Part shown: piece after piece, positions 9,522-18,594 of the stretch
Numbering within the stretch: the first letter of the stretch is position 1
How the letters are laid out: every line of letters starts with the position of its first letter
Origin: an uncultured delta proteobacterium
Lineage (GTDB): Bacteria > Desulfobacterota > Desulfobacteria > Desulfobacterales > QNYZ01
Assembly: GCA_963845145.1 (NCBI GenBank)
Contig: CAWJQU010000013.1
Location: 128,001 to 192,000, forward strand
Reading direction: 5' to 3'
DNA length: 64,000 nucleotides
Program-made: the position numbers and the translations under genes
The notes under the pieces: model-generated
What the model was told of the DNA's origin: nothing
The model's database searches: none
Seen by the model: the letters and a program-made list of their open reading frames with translations, nothing else

Positions 9522-11030
9522 TCATATAGCGCTTTTAATTTTATCAATCAAACTTCTCAGCAGGCTATAATGAGAGTACCGCCAAGTCAGCCATGCTATG
9601 GTTAAAGTAAACACGCCTGATATTGCAATTTCAATGATTAATAGTTGGAAAGGGTAAAAATCGCTGAGCGCCAATTTCACCACAAACAACCCAAAAAATG
9701 TGGCTCCACCAAAAAGAAGACCTAAATGAAAGCAACCGGCAAGATGAGACCATGATACACCTGTCAAGTCTTTCACCTTAAGCCATATAGGAAGCGTTGC
9801 TGTCAGCCCTAAAACAACTGAAATAGACGTCCCGGAGGTACTACATGTTACGGTAAGCGGGTAAATCGTCATGGCGACCATAAGCACACGGACCAAATTC
9901 ATCCAGAAATCCCACTTTGGGTGACCGCTTCCCAAAAAGAGTGGCCCACCGGTAGCAACAACAGCTCTGATAAACCCAGCGAATGCCAAAATTTGAAGAG
10001 GTGCGATGGCAGGCGCCCATTTTGAGCCCAGCACACCATGGACAATTTCGGGTGCAGCCATAATGATAAATACCGTCAACGGAGTTGCAAGCATTAGAAC
10101 TACCTCAAGGGTCTTGATAAATCCGCGACCAAGACGCTCTTTATCATTCTGTACTATCGCATAAGTCGGCATCATGACTAAACTGATCAGCTTTGTGATA
10201 CTGTTGGACGCGATATTGGAGACCCTATAAGCTAATTGGTAGAAACCAAGGGCTGTTACACCAAGCATCTTTCCCAAAAAGGCATCATCGCCTTGGGTCG
10301 CAAGGAATATGACAATTGAGCTGCCAAATAACCAGCGGCCATATCCGAAAAGTTTGGTCACTTTTTTCCTGTCGAGCTGGAATCGCGGGCGGTAGGCGTG
10401 GAAAAAGTATGAGAGAAGGCATCGAAAGGCTTCCTCAATCAGAACAGCCCATACGAGAGCCCATACGTTTCGAAGATAATAGGCCAGCAGGATTGCAATA
10501 GTGAAAGGTAAAATCGTCGAGCCGATGTCGTAAACAAACTGTTTTTTAAAATTGAGTTCTTTCCTGAGGTAAATGATCCCAGGGTTGCCGAATCCTGAGA
10601 CAAAGAGGCCGATACACATGACGCGGATTAATGGAATCACCCTGGGTTCATGAAAGAACCATGCCACCCATGGTGCTGATACGAATAACACCAGGGACAA
10701 AAGGAAGCCCCGGATAACTTGGACTGTCCAGGCCACATCCAGATACAGTTCCGTCTTTTCTTTACGTTGTATGAGCGCGGCACCAAAGCCTGTCTGTGTA
10801 AATGTTTCAAATGCGCTGATCGTCAGAAAAACGATACCGAACAAACCGAAATCTTCAGGAACAAGCAGCCGGGCTAGAACGATCAGCTTGATAAAGTTGA
10901 GACCCCGGATCGTAAGCGCTCCGGCGGATGCCCAGCCCATACCTTTAACGACCTTGGCGGTTAAAGAAAGGCTATTTCGACGCGTATTACCATTGGCTTC
11001 CTTTTCACAAAAATTGGGGCTGTTTTTCAT
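9522..11030 (-). CDS. wzx: Wzx/PST-family polysaccharide flippase
   Basis: LARLLVPEDFGLFG, ALIQR, LGFYQLAY and many TM segments. Confidence 0.9.
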   Translation of the reverse strand: MKNSPNFCEKEANGNTRRNSLSLTAKVVKGMGWASAGALTIRGLNFIKLIVLARLLVPEDFGLFGIVFLTISAFETFTQTGFGAALIQRKEKTELYLDVAWTVQVIRGFLLSLVLFVSAPWVAWFFHEPRVIPLIRVMCIGLFVSGFGNPGIIYLRKELNFKKQFVYDIGSTILPFTIAILLAYYLRNVWALVWAVLIEEAFRCLLSYFFHAYRPRFQLDRKKVTKLFGYGRWLFGSSIVIFLATQGDDAFLGKMLGVTALGFYQLAYRVSNIASNSITKLISLVMMPTYAIVQNDKERLGRGFIKTLEVVLMLATPLTVFIIMAAPEIVHGVLGSKWAPAIAPLQILAFAGFIRAVVATGGPLFLGSGHPKWDFWMNLVRVLMVAMTIYPLTVTCSTSGTSISVVLGLTATLPIWLKVKDLTGVSWSHLAGCFHLGLLFGGATFFGLFVVKLALSDFYPFQLLIIEIAISGVFTLTIAWLTWRYSHYSLLRSLIDKIKSAI

Positions 11031-11137
11031 TTGCTATTTAATAGAAACCGGTATTACGGATATAATCGGTCACTCCTAACACGATATTTCATGGTTATCT
11101 ATACTCCATTAATTTGCGATTAAGGTCCTCTGAGTAT

Positions 11138-12142
11138 TCAAGAGCACCGCGAGACGATTCTCCAAACTGATTTCATGAATACACGCCGAAGAGCTATTTC
11201 GCGGTGAACGATAGCATATAATAACGTCCTGACTGCACACCACAATGCTTTTCGCCTGTGAAGATAACTGGCTTTTGATGTTTCCAGAACCCACTTGCGA
11301 CTGCCAATGAGTTTCTCGAGTCGCTTTGTCATAAGTCCCGAGCGCTCGAGATCTCGCTCCATCTGGATTGTGCATGCCAACGATTGATCCAAGCGACGGG
11401 CCGCTTCCCGGCGCCATTTTGTTGGTTCCCAATGGGATGGATTCTGAGTACTGACTCCAGAACCAACTCTATACCGAACTAAAGGCTTGCCAATGAATAT
11501 CGCACCGCCAAGCAAGGCAGAGCGGAAGGCAAAAGCAACATCTTCAGTGTTTCCAATGCCAGTGACATCCACAGGTCCAAACATCTCATAATTCTTACGT
11601 GGAACTGCAACTGTTGCTCCAAGCAAACTGGCCCCTTGCCGCAGCATTTGGACGGAGTTAGAAAGTGCTGTTGGATTCCACGGCCCCTGTTGGCGATTCA
11701 GATCGCGACCGTTGCTGGCGATGCACTTGGCTGTGGAATGAAGGCAGACAGCGGGCCTCCCTGCGTCTTGCCACTCACTAAAAAGCACCGCAGCTCTCTC
11801 GGGCAGTGCAACGTCATCACCTCCCGCCAGGATAAGTAGATCACTTTTTGCCTCCCCCATTGCTCGTGAGATACTGCCCGCAAACCCTATGTTTACTGGA
11901 TTTGCAATTACACGTACTTGAGCAGGCCCTCGATATGCCGCGGCCAATTCATTCATGATTTCCAGCGTGGCATCCTCTGATGCGTCGTCCACCAGGAGTA
12001 TTTCCAGGCGATTCAACGTTTGCGCAAACGCCGAATGCACGGCCTCGGCGATGAATTCAGCTTGGTTGAAGCCAAACACCGCCATTGTGGCAATGCACAC
12101 TGGCGTCGAGATACAACGTTGTTCGGCCTTCACGATTCTCAC
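11138..12142 (-). CDS. GT2-family glycosyltransferase
   Basis: FNQAEFIAEAVHSAFAQT...LLVDDASED...GGDDVALP...TED. Likely GTG start at 12142, overlapping the upstream stop codon. Confidence 0.85.
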   Translation of the reverse strand: MRIVKAEQRCISTPVCIATMAVFGFNQAEFIAEAVHSAFAQTLNRLEILLVDDASEDATLEIMNELAAAYRGPAQVRVIANPVNIGFAGSISRAMGEAKSDLLILAGGDDVALPERAAVLFSEWQDAGRPAVCLHSTAKCIASNGRDLNRQQGPWNPTALSNSVQMLRQGASLLGATVAVPRKNYEMFGPVDVTGIGNTEDVAFAFRSALLGGAIFIGKPLVRYRVGSGVSTQNPSHWEPTKWRREAARRLDQSLACTIQMERDLERSGLMTKRLEKLIGSRKWVLETSKASYLHRRKALWCAVRTLLYAIVHREIALRRVFMKSVWRIVSRCS

Positions 12143-12981
12143 GCACGATGAGCGATCCAATTGTCGAGAGTTACATCTTCTTTGCGAGGGTCTATCTCGT
12201 TTAGCTGCCCATTCCGATCCAGCCGATTGATAGAATATCCGCAGTCTTGTAGAATTGTTGTACATTCAAACGGATCACGCCCAAGCGTACGACTATTTTC
12301 CAGGGATATTTCGTAAATCACGTAGAAAGGTGGATTGTTTCTCAGTAAGTTGTGCGCTCCACGAAGGACATCCGACTCGAAGCCTTCCACATCGATCTTC
12401 AGAACTGCAATATTGTGCAAGCTCTGTTGGCGGCAAAACGTGTCAAGTGTTACGGCATCCACCTCAACCTTACAAGGTTCCTGGGCCATTCCAATTCTAC
12501 AGGTAGCCCGGCAATGTGCATCTGCAATGAAACGGACCTTTCCATCATTGGCCGCTACGGCACATCCATGAATCTGAATATTGTTGAGGTGGTTGAGTGC
12601 AGCGTTCTGCTCAAGCGCTGGAGATGTATATGGATTTGGTTCGAAGGCATAGACAGTTCGCCGAGGATACCGAGTAGCCAAAACTGATGCGAACGCGCCG
12701 ATATTGGCGCCGACATCCAAGATACTGCCGTCTGGAAAGGGATGCTTGGTGCAAAAGTTGCGTTCGGCGTCATTAAGGAAATATCGTGAATAGAAATATT
12801 CGGTGTAGTTCACAAACGACCCAAGCTGGACGTTCGGTGCGATGGATAGGTGTGCATTCCCGTCGTGCAGGAGTCGACTACAGTGATATCGTAACCACCA
12901 GAATAAATGCAAGGGGTTTCGCATTGTGGTCACAACATTGCGATAAAGCCGTGCTGTTCGTCTTTTCGGTGATGAACACAT
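12139..12981 (-). CDS. FkbM-family methyltransferase
   Basis: LDVGANIG, YAFEPNP, LKIDVEGFESDVLRGA. The true start may be the ATG at 12924. Confidence 0.9.
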   Translation of the reverse strand: MCSSPKRRTARLYRNVVTTMRNPLHLFWWLRYHCSRLLHDGNAHLSIAPNVQLGSFVNYTEYFYSRYFLNDAERNFCTKHPFPDGSILDVGANIGAFASVLATRYPRRTVYAFEPNPYTSPALEQNAALNHLNNIQIHGCAVAANDGKVRFIADAHCRATCRIGMAQEPCKVEVDAVTLDTFCRQQSLHNIAVLKIDVEGFESDVLRGAHNLLRNNPPFYVIYEISLENSRTLGRDPFECTTILQDCGYSINRLDRNGQLNEIDPRKEDVTLDNWIAHRA

Positions 12982-13014
12982 CGTCAGATATCTAAGGGTT
13001 ATTCCCTTTCATTT

Positions 13015-13206
13015 TTATTTTTCAATAGAAAACGTGATGACCTTACACTCTTTTGCTTCAACGACGATACCCCACGTTTTCCACACCTTCCACTTGTTAG
13101 TAACGGGAAGTGTTGCAACCGCAAAGCTTTTTCCGGAAACGCAGGTGGTGCCTTGGGCGAACACATTGCCGCCCTTACTCCCGGGATTTTGTAGTTTAAT
13201 CTGGAC
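13015..13206 (-). pseudogene. 3' fragment of an unidentified gene, truncated by the adjacent IS5-like end
   Basis: Open frame VQIKLQNPGSKGG...VITFSIEK* begins exactly at the IS boundary (13206/13207). Confidence 0.35.
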
Positions 13207-14115
13207 GAGACCTTTCCACAACCTGCTTGATAGACCAGTCTGGGTTGATTAAAAATCTTTTTTCCACGCAAAGTTGCATCAAAAATTGCATAACTGTAAG
13301 TAATTAATTGATATATTATTTGTATCGTGCTATCCTCAACTTAAATTTTAACCCCAAGGAGAATAGCATGGGATTTAAAAAAATCGACCCCCAGTTTACT
13401 AAAGATTGTCAAAAAACGCCATGAATCAAATTAACTCCGCTATCTCTCCGGCAGTTAGAACAAAAGGGTCTCAATATCAATGAAGGTGTTGCCATTGATG
13501 CCAGGCTGGTCAAATCCGCCAGTCGCCCCGTCAGCAAGAAAAACTCAAAGAATTGCAGGAAAAACATAATACGCCAGAAGGGAAACTGGATAAAAATGGC
13601 AAACCCAAAAAGTTCTGCCGGGATCGGAATCAGACTGGACCATTAAAAATGATACGCCTCACTATGGGCTTAAAGAACATACTTCGGTTGATGTCAACCA
13701 TGGCTTTATCCTCGCTACGACCATGACGCCGGCTTCGGTAAACGATACCAACTATCTGCCCTATTGCACGGTTTACAGCCGACATACGAAACAACCGATT
13801 GAAAAGGTGTATGCTGATAAAGGATACGCCGGCACACCAAATCGAGAGTTTCTGGCCGACAATAAAATCGCCGATGGAATCATGCGCAAAAACTCTACCA
13901 CGGCCAAACTCACCGAATTTGAAATTGAACGTAACAAGAAAATCTCCAAAGTTCGGTATATTGTCGAGCAGTATTTTGGAATCAGTCATCTGCATGATGG
14001 TGCTAAAAGAGCCCGGTTTACTACGATAGCCAAAAACAATTTGGATTGTTGGTGTCGTCAGGCAGCATTTAACATAACCAGGGGGTTAAAAAGACTCAAG
14101 TTGGCCACCGTATAA
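13207..14115 (+). pseudogene. IS5-family element remnant (left IR plus internally deleted, frameshifted transposase)
   Basis: IR GAGACCTTTCCACAAC at 13207. ATG at 13368 (MGFKKIDPQF) jumps to EGVAIDARLVKSASRP, SDW...HYGLKEH, VYADKGY, RYIVEQYFG. No right IR recognised. Confidence 0.85.
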
Positions 14116-14393
14116 GGTGGATCGGTGCGTCCGGAGAGTAAATTCCGGGCATCGCACCTCAATTATTGCCTCTTGCGAGGTTGATTCACAGCCAATTTCA
14201 CCTAAATCCACCTGGTTTTGGATTTCAATATAAAAATTTTCTCCGCGCGCCTTCCGAAAAATTAAAGAAAATTATAGAATCGGGAATCTGGACGGTTTTT
14301 CAAAAAGTATCCGAACGATTAGGATATGCCAACCTTTATTGAGAATGGGGGACAAGCAGTCCCAATCCCTGCTCAGGTTTTCCTTTCCCTCAT

Positions 14394-15548
14394 TCATTCT
14401 TTCGTAACAGACAACAGTGAACCCAGATCCCGCAGTGCCTGATCAATGGGCAGTATCGTGATTCCGTCTCTGTAAAGCGGTATTTTGCCGCCGTAAAAGA
14501 GATAACATTGGGCCGGTGGATAATCCTTTTTAAACTCGTTTAAGCCTCTCAAGTTTTTCGAATGCATATGGGCGGAACGTTTGACCTCGATGGCGATGAG
14601 ACCCCTGGGGCCGTATAGGATAAAATCGACCTCCAAGCCGTTTTTGGTTCGCCAGAAATAGAGCTGGTAATTTAGCTCCAGGTAATCATTAATGGCGCGC
14701 AGCTCCTGGAATACCAAGGTTTCTAAAGCCGGCCCGTCCATTTCGGCATCGGAATCCAGCGGGCCGGTGGGCCGGATGGCCCTGAACACGCCGGTGTCGA
14801 AATAGTAAAATTTTCGGTGACGGATCAGCTTTCTTTTTGCCTTCCGGGTAAAGATCGGAAGCCGCACCCCGATGAGCAGATCCTCCACGATGGCAAAATA
14901 ATTTTCCGCCGTGGCGCGCTCTATGTGCGCCTCCCTGGCGATTGCACTGGTGTTGACCACGGACCCCTGGGAAAATCCGGCAGCTTCCAAAAAGCGCGAA
15001 AAATGGCCGATGTTTCGCGTCAGGCTCTCCTGGAGGACCTCCTCGCGGATGTAGGTCTGTACGTAATCGCTTAAATACTTTTGCGGGTCATGCTCGCTGA
15101 AGCGTGCCGGCAGGTTCCCGAACTGAAGGGATTTCTCAATCTGAAACGCCCCTTTCTGCTCCCCGGTGGTCAGGGGGTGCAGGTGATAGGTTAGGGCCCG
15201 GCCCGCAAGTAGGTTCACCCCTTTCTGTTTCAGCTTTCTGGCGCTGGACCCCGTGAGAATAAAAGTCCGGTGTTCCGACTCGATGAGGTCATGAACCTCG
15301 TTCAGCAATGTCGGAATGCGCTGGATCTCGTCGATGATGATCCAACCGTCATATTGGGGCGGAATCATCTCTCGGATGATCCCCGGATTCCCCGATAAGC
15401 GATTGTAGGTGTCGGACTGAAGCAGGTTGACAAACAGGGCTTGCGGTAATTGTTGCCGCAGCCACGTGGTTTTCCCGGTGCCCCGCGGCCCGAAAAGAAA
15501 GAAGCTCTTTTTGTTTTTTAACGGAATGTCAATCATGCGCTCAAACAT
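14394..15548 (-). CDS. AAA+ ATPase with DUF4143 domain (COG1373-like)
   Basis: Walker A GPRGTGKT, IIDEIQ, LTGSS, KFYYFDTG and a C-terminal EVDF...IEVK PD-(D/E)xK-like motif. Confidence 0.9.
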   Translation of the reverse strand: MFERMIDIPLKNKKSFFLFGPRGTGKTTWLRQQLPQALFVNLLQSDTYNRLSGNPGIIREMIPPQYDGWIIIDEIQRIPTLLNEVHDLIESEHRTFILTGSSARKLKQKGVNLLAGRALTYHLHPLTTGEQKGAFQIEKSLQFGNLPARFSEHDPQKYLSDYVQTYIREEVLQESLTRNIGHFSRFLEAAGFSQGSVVNTSAIAREAHIERATAENYFAIVEDLLIGVRLPIFTRKAKRKLIRHRKFYYFDTGVFRAIRPTGPLDSDAEMDGPALETLVFQELRAINDYLELNYQLYFWRTKNGLEVDFILYGPRGLIAIEVKRSAHMHSKNLRGLNEFKKDYPPAQCYLFYGGKIPLYRDGITILPIDQALRDLGSLLSVTKE

Positions 15549-15771
15549 GGCGGATCTCCTGTTTTTGCCAAAGATAGGGCAAAAACCAGGAAAAATCAAA
15601 TCTTGATATGCAAAAAGGCGGGAGAAATGAAATAATCATTTTCAAAACCGCATGATTTTTGGGGCTGGCGTATATATGCCTCTATTACGTCTATGTGACA
15701 TAGTTGGACCAAACCGGGCATTCTTGGAGAAGGATATGTAGGATGCTTGTGTATTGAATATTATCGCAATT

Positions 15772-16194
15772 CTATGTGTTTATATGCTTTAAAATTATTG
15801 ATTTAAATGATTGGATATCCGCGATATCTCCTTTAATGTAATCGAAAACATAGGCATCATCAATCTCACCATACAGATGCACCAATCGATTTCTGAATTT
15901 GGCCATCTGGCGCAGTTGATCACCCAGTTTGAAATCAATAAACCCATTTTCCTGTAGTACTTTAAATGAATCCGAGTAATCCCGGGGTGCTCGAAGTTTT
16001 TCAGACGCGATAATATGATTGGTAACGTCCAGACAGCATTCAATACTGACCTGCAAGTAATATTTGGCACTGCCTATCACTATTTTATCTTTCAAAAATG
16101 ATTTCTTGGACGTGGCTGATATTTGCTTTAATATCTTTAAGTACTCATCCAGTTGCTGAAATTTTAAGAGCACTTTTTCCCTGGATATCATCAT
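15772..16194 (-). CDS. hepT: HepT-like HEPN (DUF86) ribonuclease toxin
   Basis: FRNRLVHLY HEPN catalytic motif (R...H) followed by Tyr, directly downstream of an MNT gene. Confidence 0.85.
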   Translation of the reverse strand: MMISREKVLLKFQQLDEYLKILKQISATSKKSFLKDKIVIGSAKYYLQVSIECCLDVTNHIIASEKLRAPRDYSDSFKVLQENGFIDFKLGDQLRQMAKFRNRLVHLYGEIDDAYVFDYIKGDIADIQSFKSIILKHINT

Positions 16195-16200
16195 TGTCTC

Positions 16201-16632
16201 CTACAGGTTTTGTGCAAGATATGCCTGATGGTATCGATGAATCACCGGAAGAAAATCAAAATAGGCGCTTCTTACGTTTGTTTCAAAATCTATCCGGCTG
16301 TTTTCATCTTTTGAATATATTAATATGCCATCGGTAATCATTTCACCCAGGACCAACAGTGGTAGATTGTTGGCGATTCTAACTTCAGATTGAACACCAA
16401 AACCCATTTTTTCATCTATTTCCAGCGATAAGGAAAGTTCAAGGTTTAAATGATTGATTTTGGTTTCCGCAATGTAGATACCAATATCAAGGTCACTGAA
16501 TGGATGAACAATTCCTTTGGCAAATCCACCGTACAAATAGGCGAATAGTACGGGCTTATCCGTAAAGATTAGTGGTGCGATTGCTAATAATTTGGATTTA
16601 ATTTTACGGGCGGGTGGTGTTGTTTTTGACAT
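16201..16632 (-). CDS. mntA: MntA-like minimal nucleotidyltransferase antitoxin
   Basis: AYLYGGFAKG...SDLDIG (variant of GSx10DxD) and C-terminal YFDFLP. Confidence 0.85.
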   Translation of the reverse strand: MSKTTPPARKIKSKLLAIAPLIFTDKPVLFAYLYGGFAKGIVHPFSDLDIGIYIAETKINHLNLELSLSLEIDEKMGFGVQSEVRIANNLPLLVLGEMITDGILIYSKDENSRIDFETNVRSAYFDFLPVIHRYHQAYLAQNL

Positions 16633-16642
16633 TATTTATTTG

Positions 16643-17629
16643 TTACGCATCAATCATATTCATTCTATTGATTTGCTTACAGATCCAACCATAGGTCTTG
16701 TTTAAACCATCCGACAATTTGGCTGATGGCCCCCAGCCAAGCTTTTTTTCGATAAGCCGATTGTCCGAATTTCTTCCCCTAACACCCAAAGGTCCCTCAA
16801 TATGTTTTTTGGTTAGCTTCTTGCCGGAAGCGGCAATAACCATATCGGCCAACTGGTTGATCGTCACCATCTCATCAGAGCCGATGTTGACCGGGCCGGT
16901 CCAATCGGAGCGCATCAGGCGCAGGGTGCCTTCCAGGCATTCGTCGATGTAGAGAAAGGATCGGGTCTGTTTGCCGTCTCCCCAGATGTCAATTGTGCCA
17001 CCATCTTTTGCCATGGCCACTTTTCGGCAAAGCGCGGCGGGGGCTTTCTCTTTTCCTCCGGTGAAAACACCCTCCGGGCCGAAAATGTTGTGATAGCGGG
17101 CGATGCGAACATCCATGTGATAATTGCGGTGATACGATAGGTAGAGTCGTTCGGAAAAGAGCTTTTCCCAGCCGTATTCGCTGTCCGGTTGGGCCGGGTA
17201 GGCGCTATCTTCGGCGCAATTGGGGTTGTCCGGATCGAGCTGATTGTATTCAGGGTAGATGCAGGCTGACGAGGAGTAAAATATCCGCTTAATATTCCTT
17301 TTTTGACAGGCATCGAGCATATTGAGATTGATCATGCCGGAGTTGTGCATCACATCCGCGTCGTTTTCGCCGGTGAAAATATATCCGGCACCGCCCATAT
17401 CGGCGGCAAATTGATACACTTCATCGAAGCGTCGATCCACAATGGATCGGCAAAAAACGGGGTCGCGCAGATCTCCGATGGCAAAATCATCGGCGGCTGA
17501 TTCCGAAAATTCGGGAAATTTCAAATCAACGCCACGAACCCGGAAACCTTCCTCCGTCAATCGATTGACCATATGGCTGCCGATAAAGCCGCCGGCACCG
17601 CAAACAAGTGCTGTTTTTTCTGATTTCAA
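16643..17629 (-). CDS. NAD-dependent epimerase, GDP-mannose 3,5-epimerase-like
   Basis: GAGGFIG, FAADMGGAGYI, SSSACIYP, YGWEK, GGKEKAPAALCRK (catalytic Cys and Lys of the GME type). Confidence 0.85.
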   Translation of the reverse strand: MKSEKTALVCGAGGFIGSHMVNRLTEEGFRVRGVDLKFPEFSESAADDFAIGDLRDPVFCRSIVDRRFDEVYQFAADMGGAGYIFTGENDADVMHNSGMINLNMLDACQKRNIKRIFYSSSACIYPEYNQLDPDNPNCAEDSAYPAQPDSEYGWEKLFSERLYLSYHRNYHMDVRIARYHNIFGPEGVFTGGKEKAPAALCRKVAMAKDGGTIDIWGDGKQTRSFLYIDECLEGTLRLMRSDWTGPVNIGSDEMVTINQLADMVIAASGKKLTKKHIEGPLGVRGRNSDNRLIEKKLGWGPSAKLSDGLNKTYGWICKQINRMNMIDA

Positions 17630-17746
17630 CGTCTTATAAAACCTGTTTAGTGGATTTGAACGGTAATTTTAACATATAGCTCCGCCTCGTCGATTACATT
17701 ATATTATCGGCCGATAAACCAATAACATTTAGCATTTATTAAAAAA

Positions 17747-18226
17747 TCATTCAAGCGCCGTCCCCCAATCGTACTGGCGTTTGATATATTTAAGGAACAA
17801 AGATGTCTCGGTCCGGATTACACCATCAATGCGATTAATCTTTTCGAAGATGAGCTCGTTTAACTCGTCCATGTTCCGGACTACAAATTCCGTTTCGATG
17901 CCGGTACCGCCGGTGGATTGGACGATGAACCATAATGGTTTAAATTTATGCAATTTTTTGATAATCTGGTCCATCTTTTTGATTTCAACATAAATTCGAA
18001 TGTTGCCCACGATTTTAAATCCGAGTTTCATGGGGTTGCTAACCGCAACAATTTGGATATAATCTTCTTTAACCAGGCGATCCAGGCGAGACCGGACGGT
18101 CGCTTCGGAGACACCGATTTTTTTGGCGATATCGGTATTGGCGATCCGCCCATCTTTCTGCAATAGTTGTATGATTTCGCAATCGACACCGTCGATCACT
18201 CTTTTTCGTGTTTTTTTAGGCTTCAT
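17747..18226 (-). CDS. Lrp/AsnC-family transcriptional regulator
   Basis: LQKDGRIANTDIAKKIGVSEATVRSRL HTH and RAM-type C-terminus (GVIRTETS). Divergent from the catabolic operon. Confidence 0.92.
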   Translation of the reverse strand: MKPKKTRKRVIDGVDCEIIQLLQKDGRIANTDIAKKIGVSEATVRSRLDRLVKEDYIQIVAVSNPMKLGFKIVGNIRIYVEIKKMDQIIKKLHKFKPLWFIVQSTGGTGIETEFVVRNMDELNELIFEKINRIDGVIRTETSLFLKYIKRQYDWGTALE

Positions 18227-18594
18227 TCATCCTCCGTAGCGTTATTTTTAAAAGGTCGTTTGATTCTATAAATTTTCGAGGTGCTGGTTTGAATATTTCA
18301 TGTGTCCAGGATTGTGGAATGGGATATCAACGGCCTATTGGACAATACTCTACCATATTATGTAGAGTATATCTCTAAAAATGTATTTATCGTGCGAAAA
18401 ATTATTGTATATCGTGGTTTATTTAAAAAAAAATGGTATTATTCGCAATAAACCGATAGGGTCCCTTGACAATCTGGCTTGTTATACATAAAAACAAAAA
18501 TAGTAACCGAGCATAACAAAAACAGCCTGTCAAATGAAGTATTTATCTTAACCAAGAATAAAAACCAACCACTTGCAACTCAGAAGGAGGCGAC

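Noticed and set aside
11138..12265. 375-aa GT2 start at 12265 given by the ORF track
   Set aside because: It would overlap the FkbM gene by 127 bp; the coupled GTG at 12142 is more plausible.
13198..14294. 10-bp direct repeat AATCTGGACG at 13198 and 14285 as TSD of the IS5 remnant
   Set aside because: It overlaps the left IR, no right IR precedes the second copy, and the disrupted frame does not resume after it.
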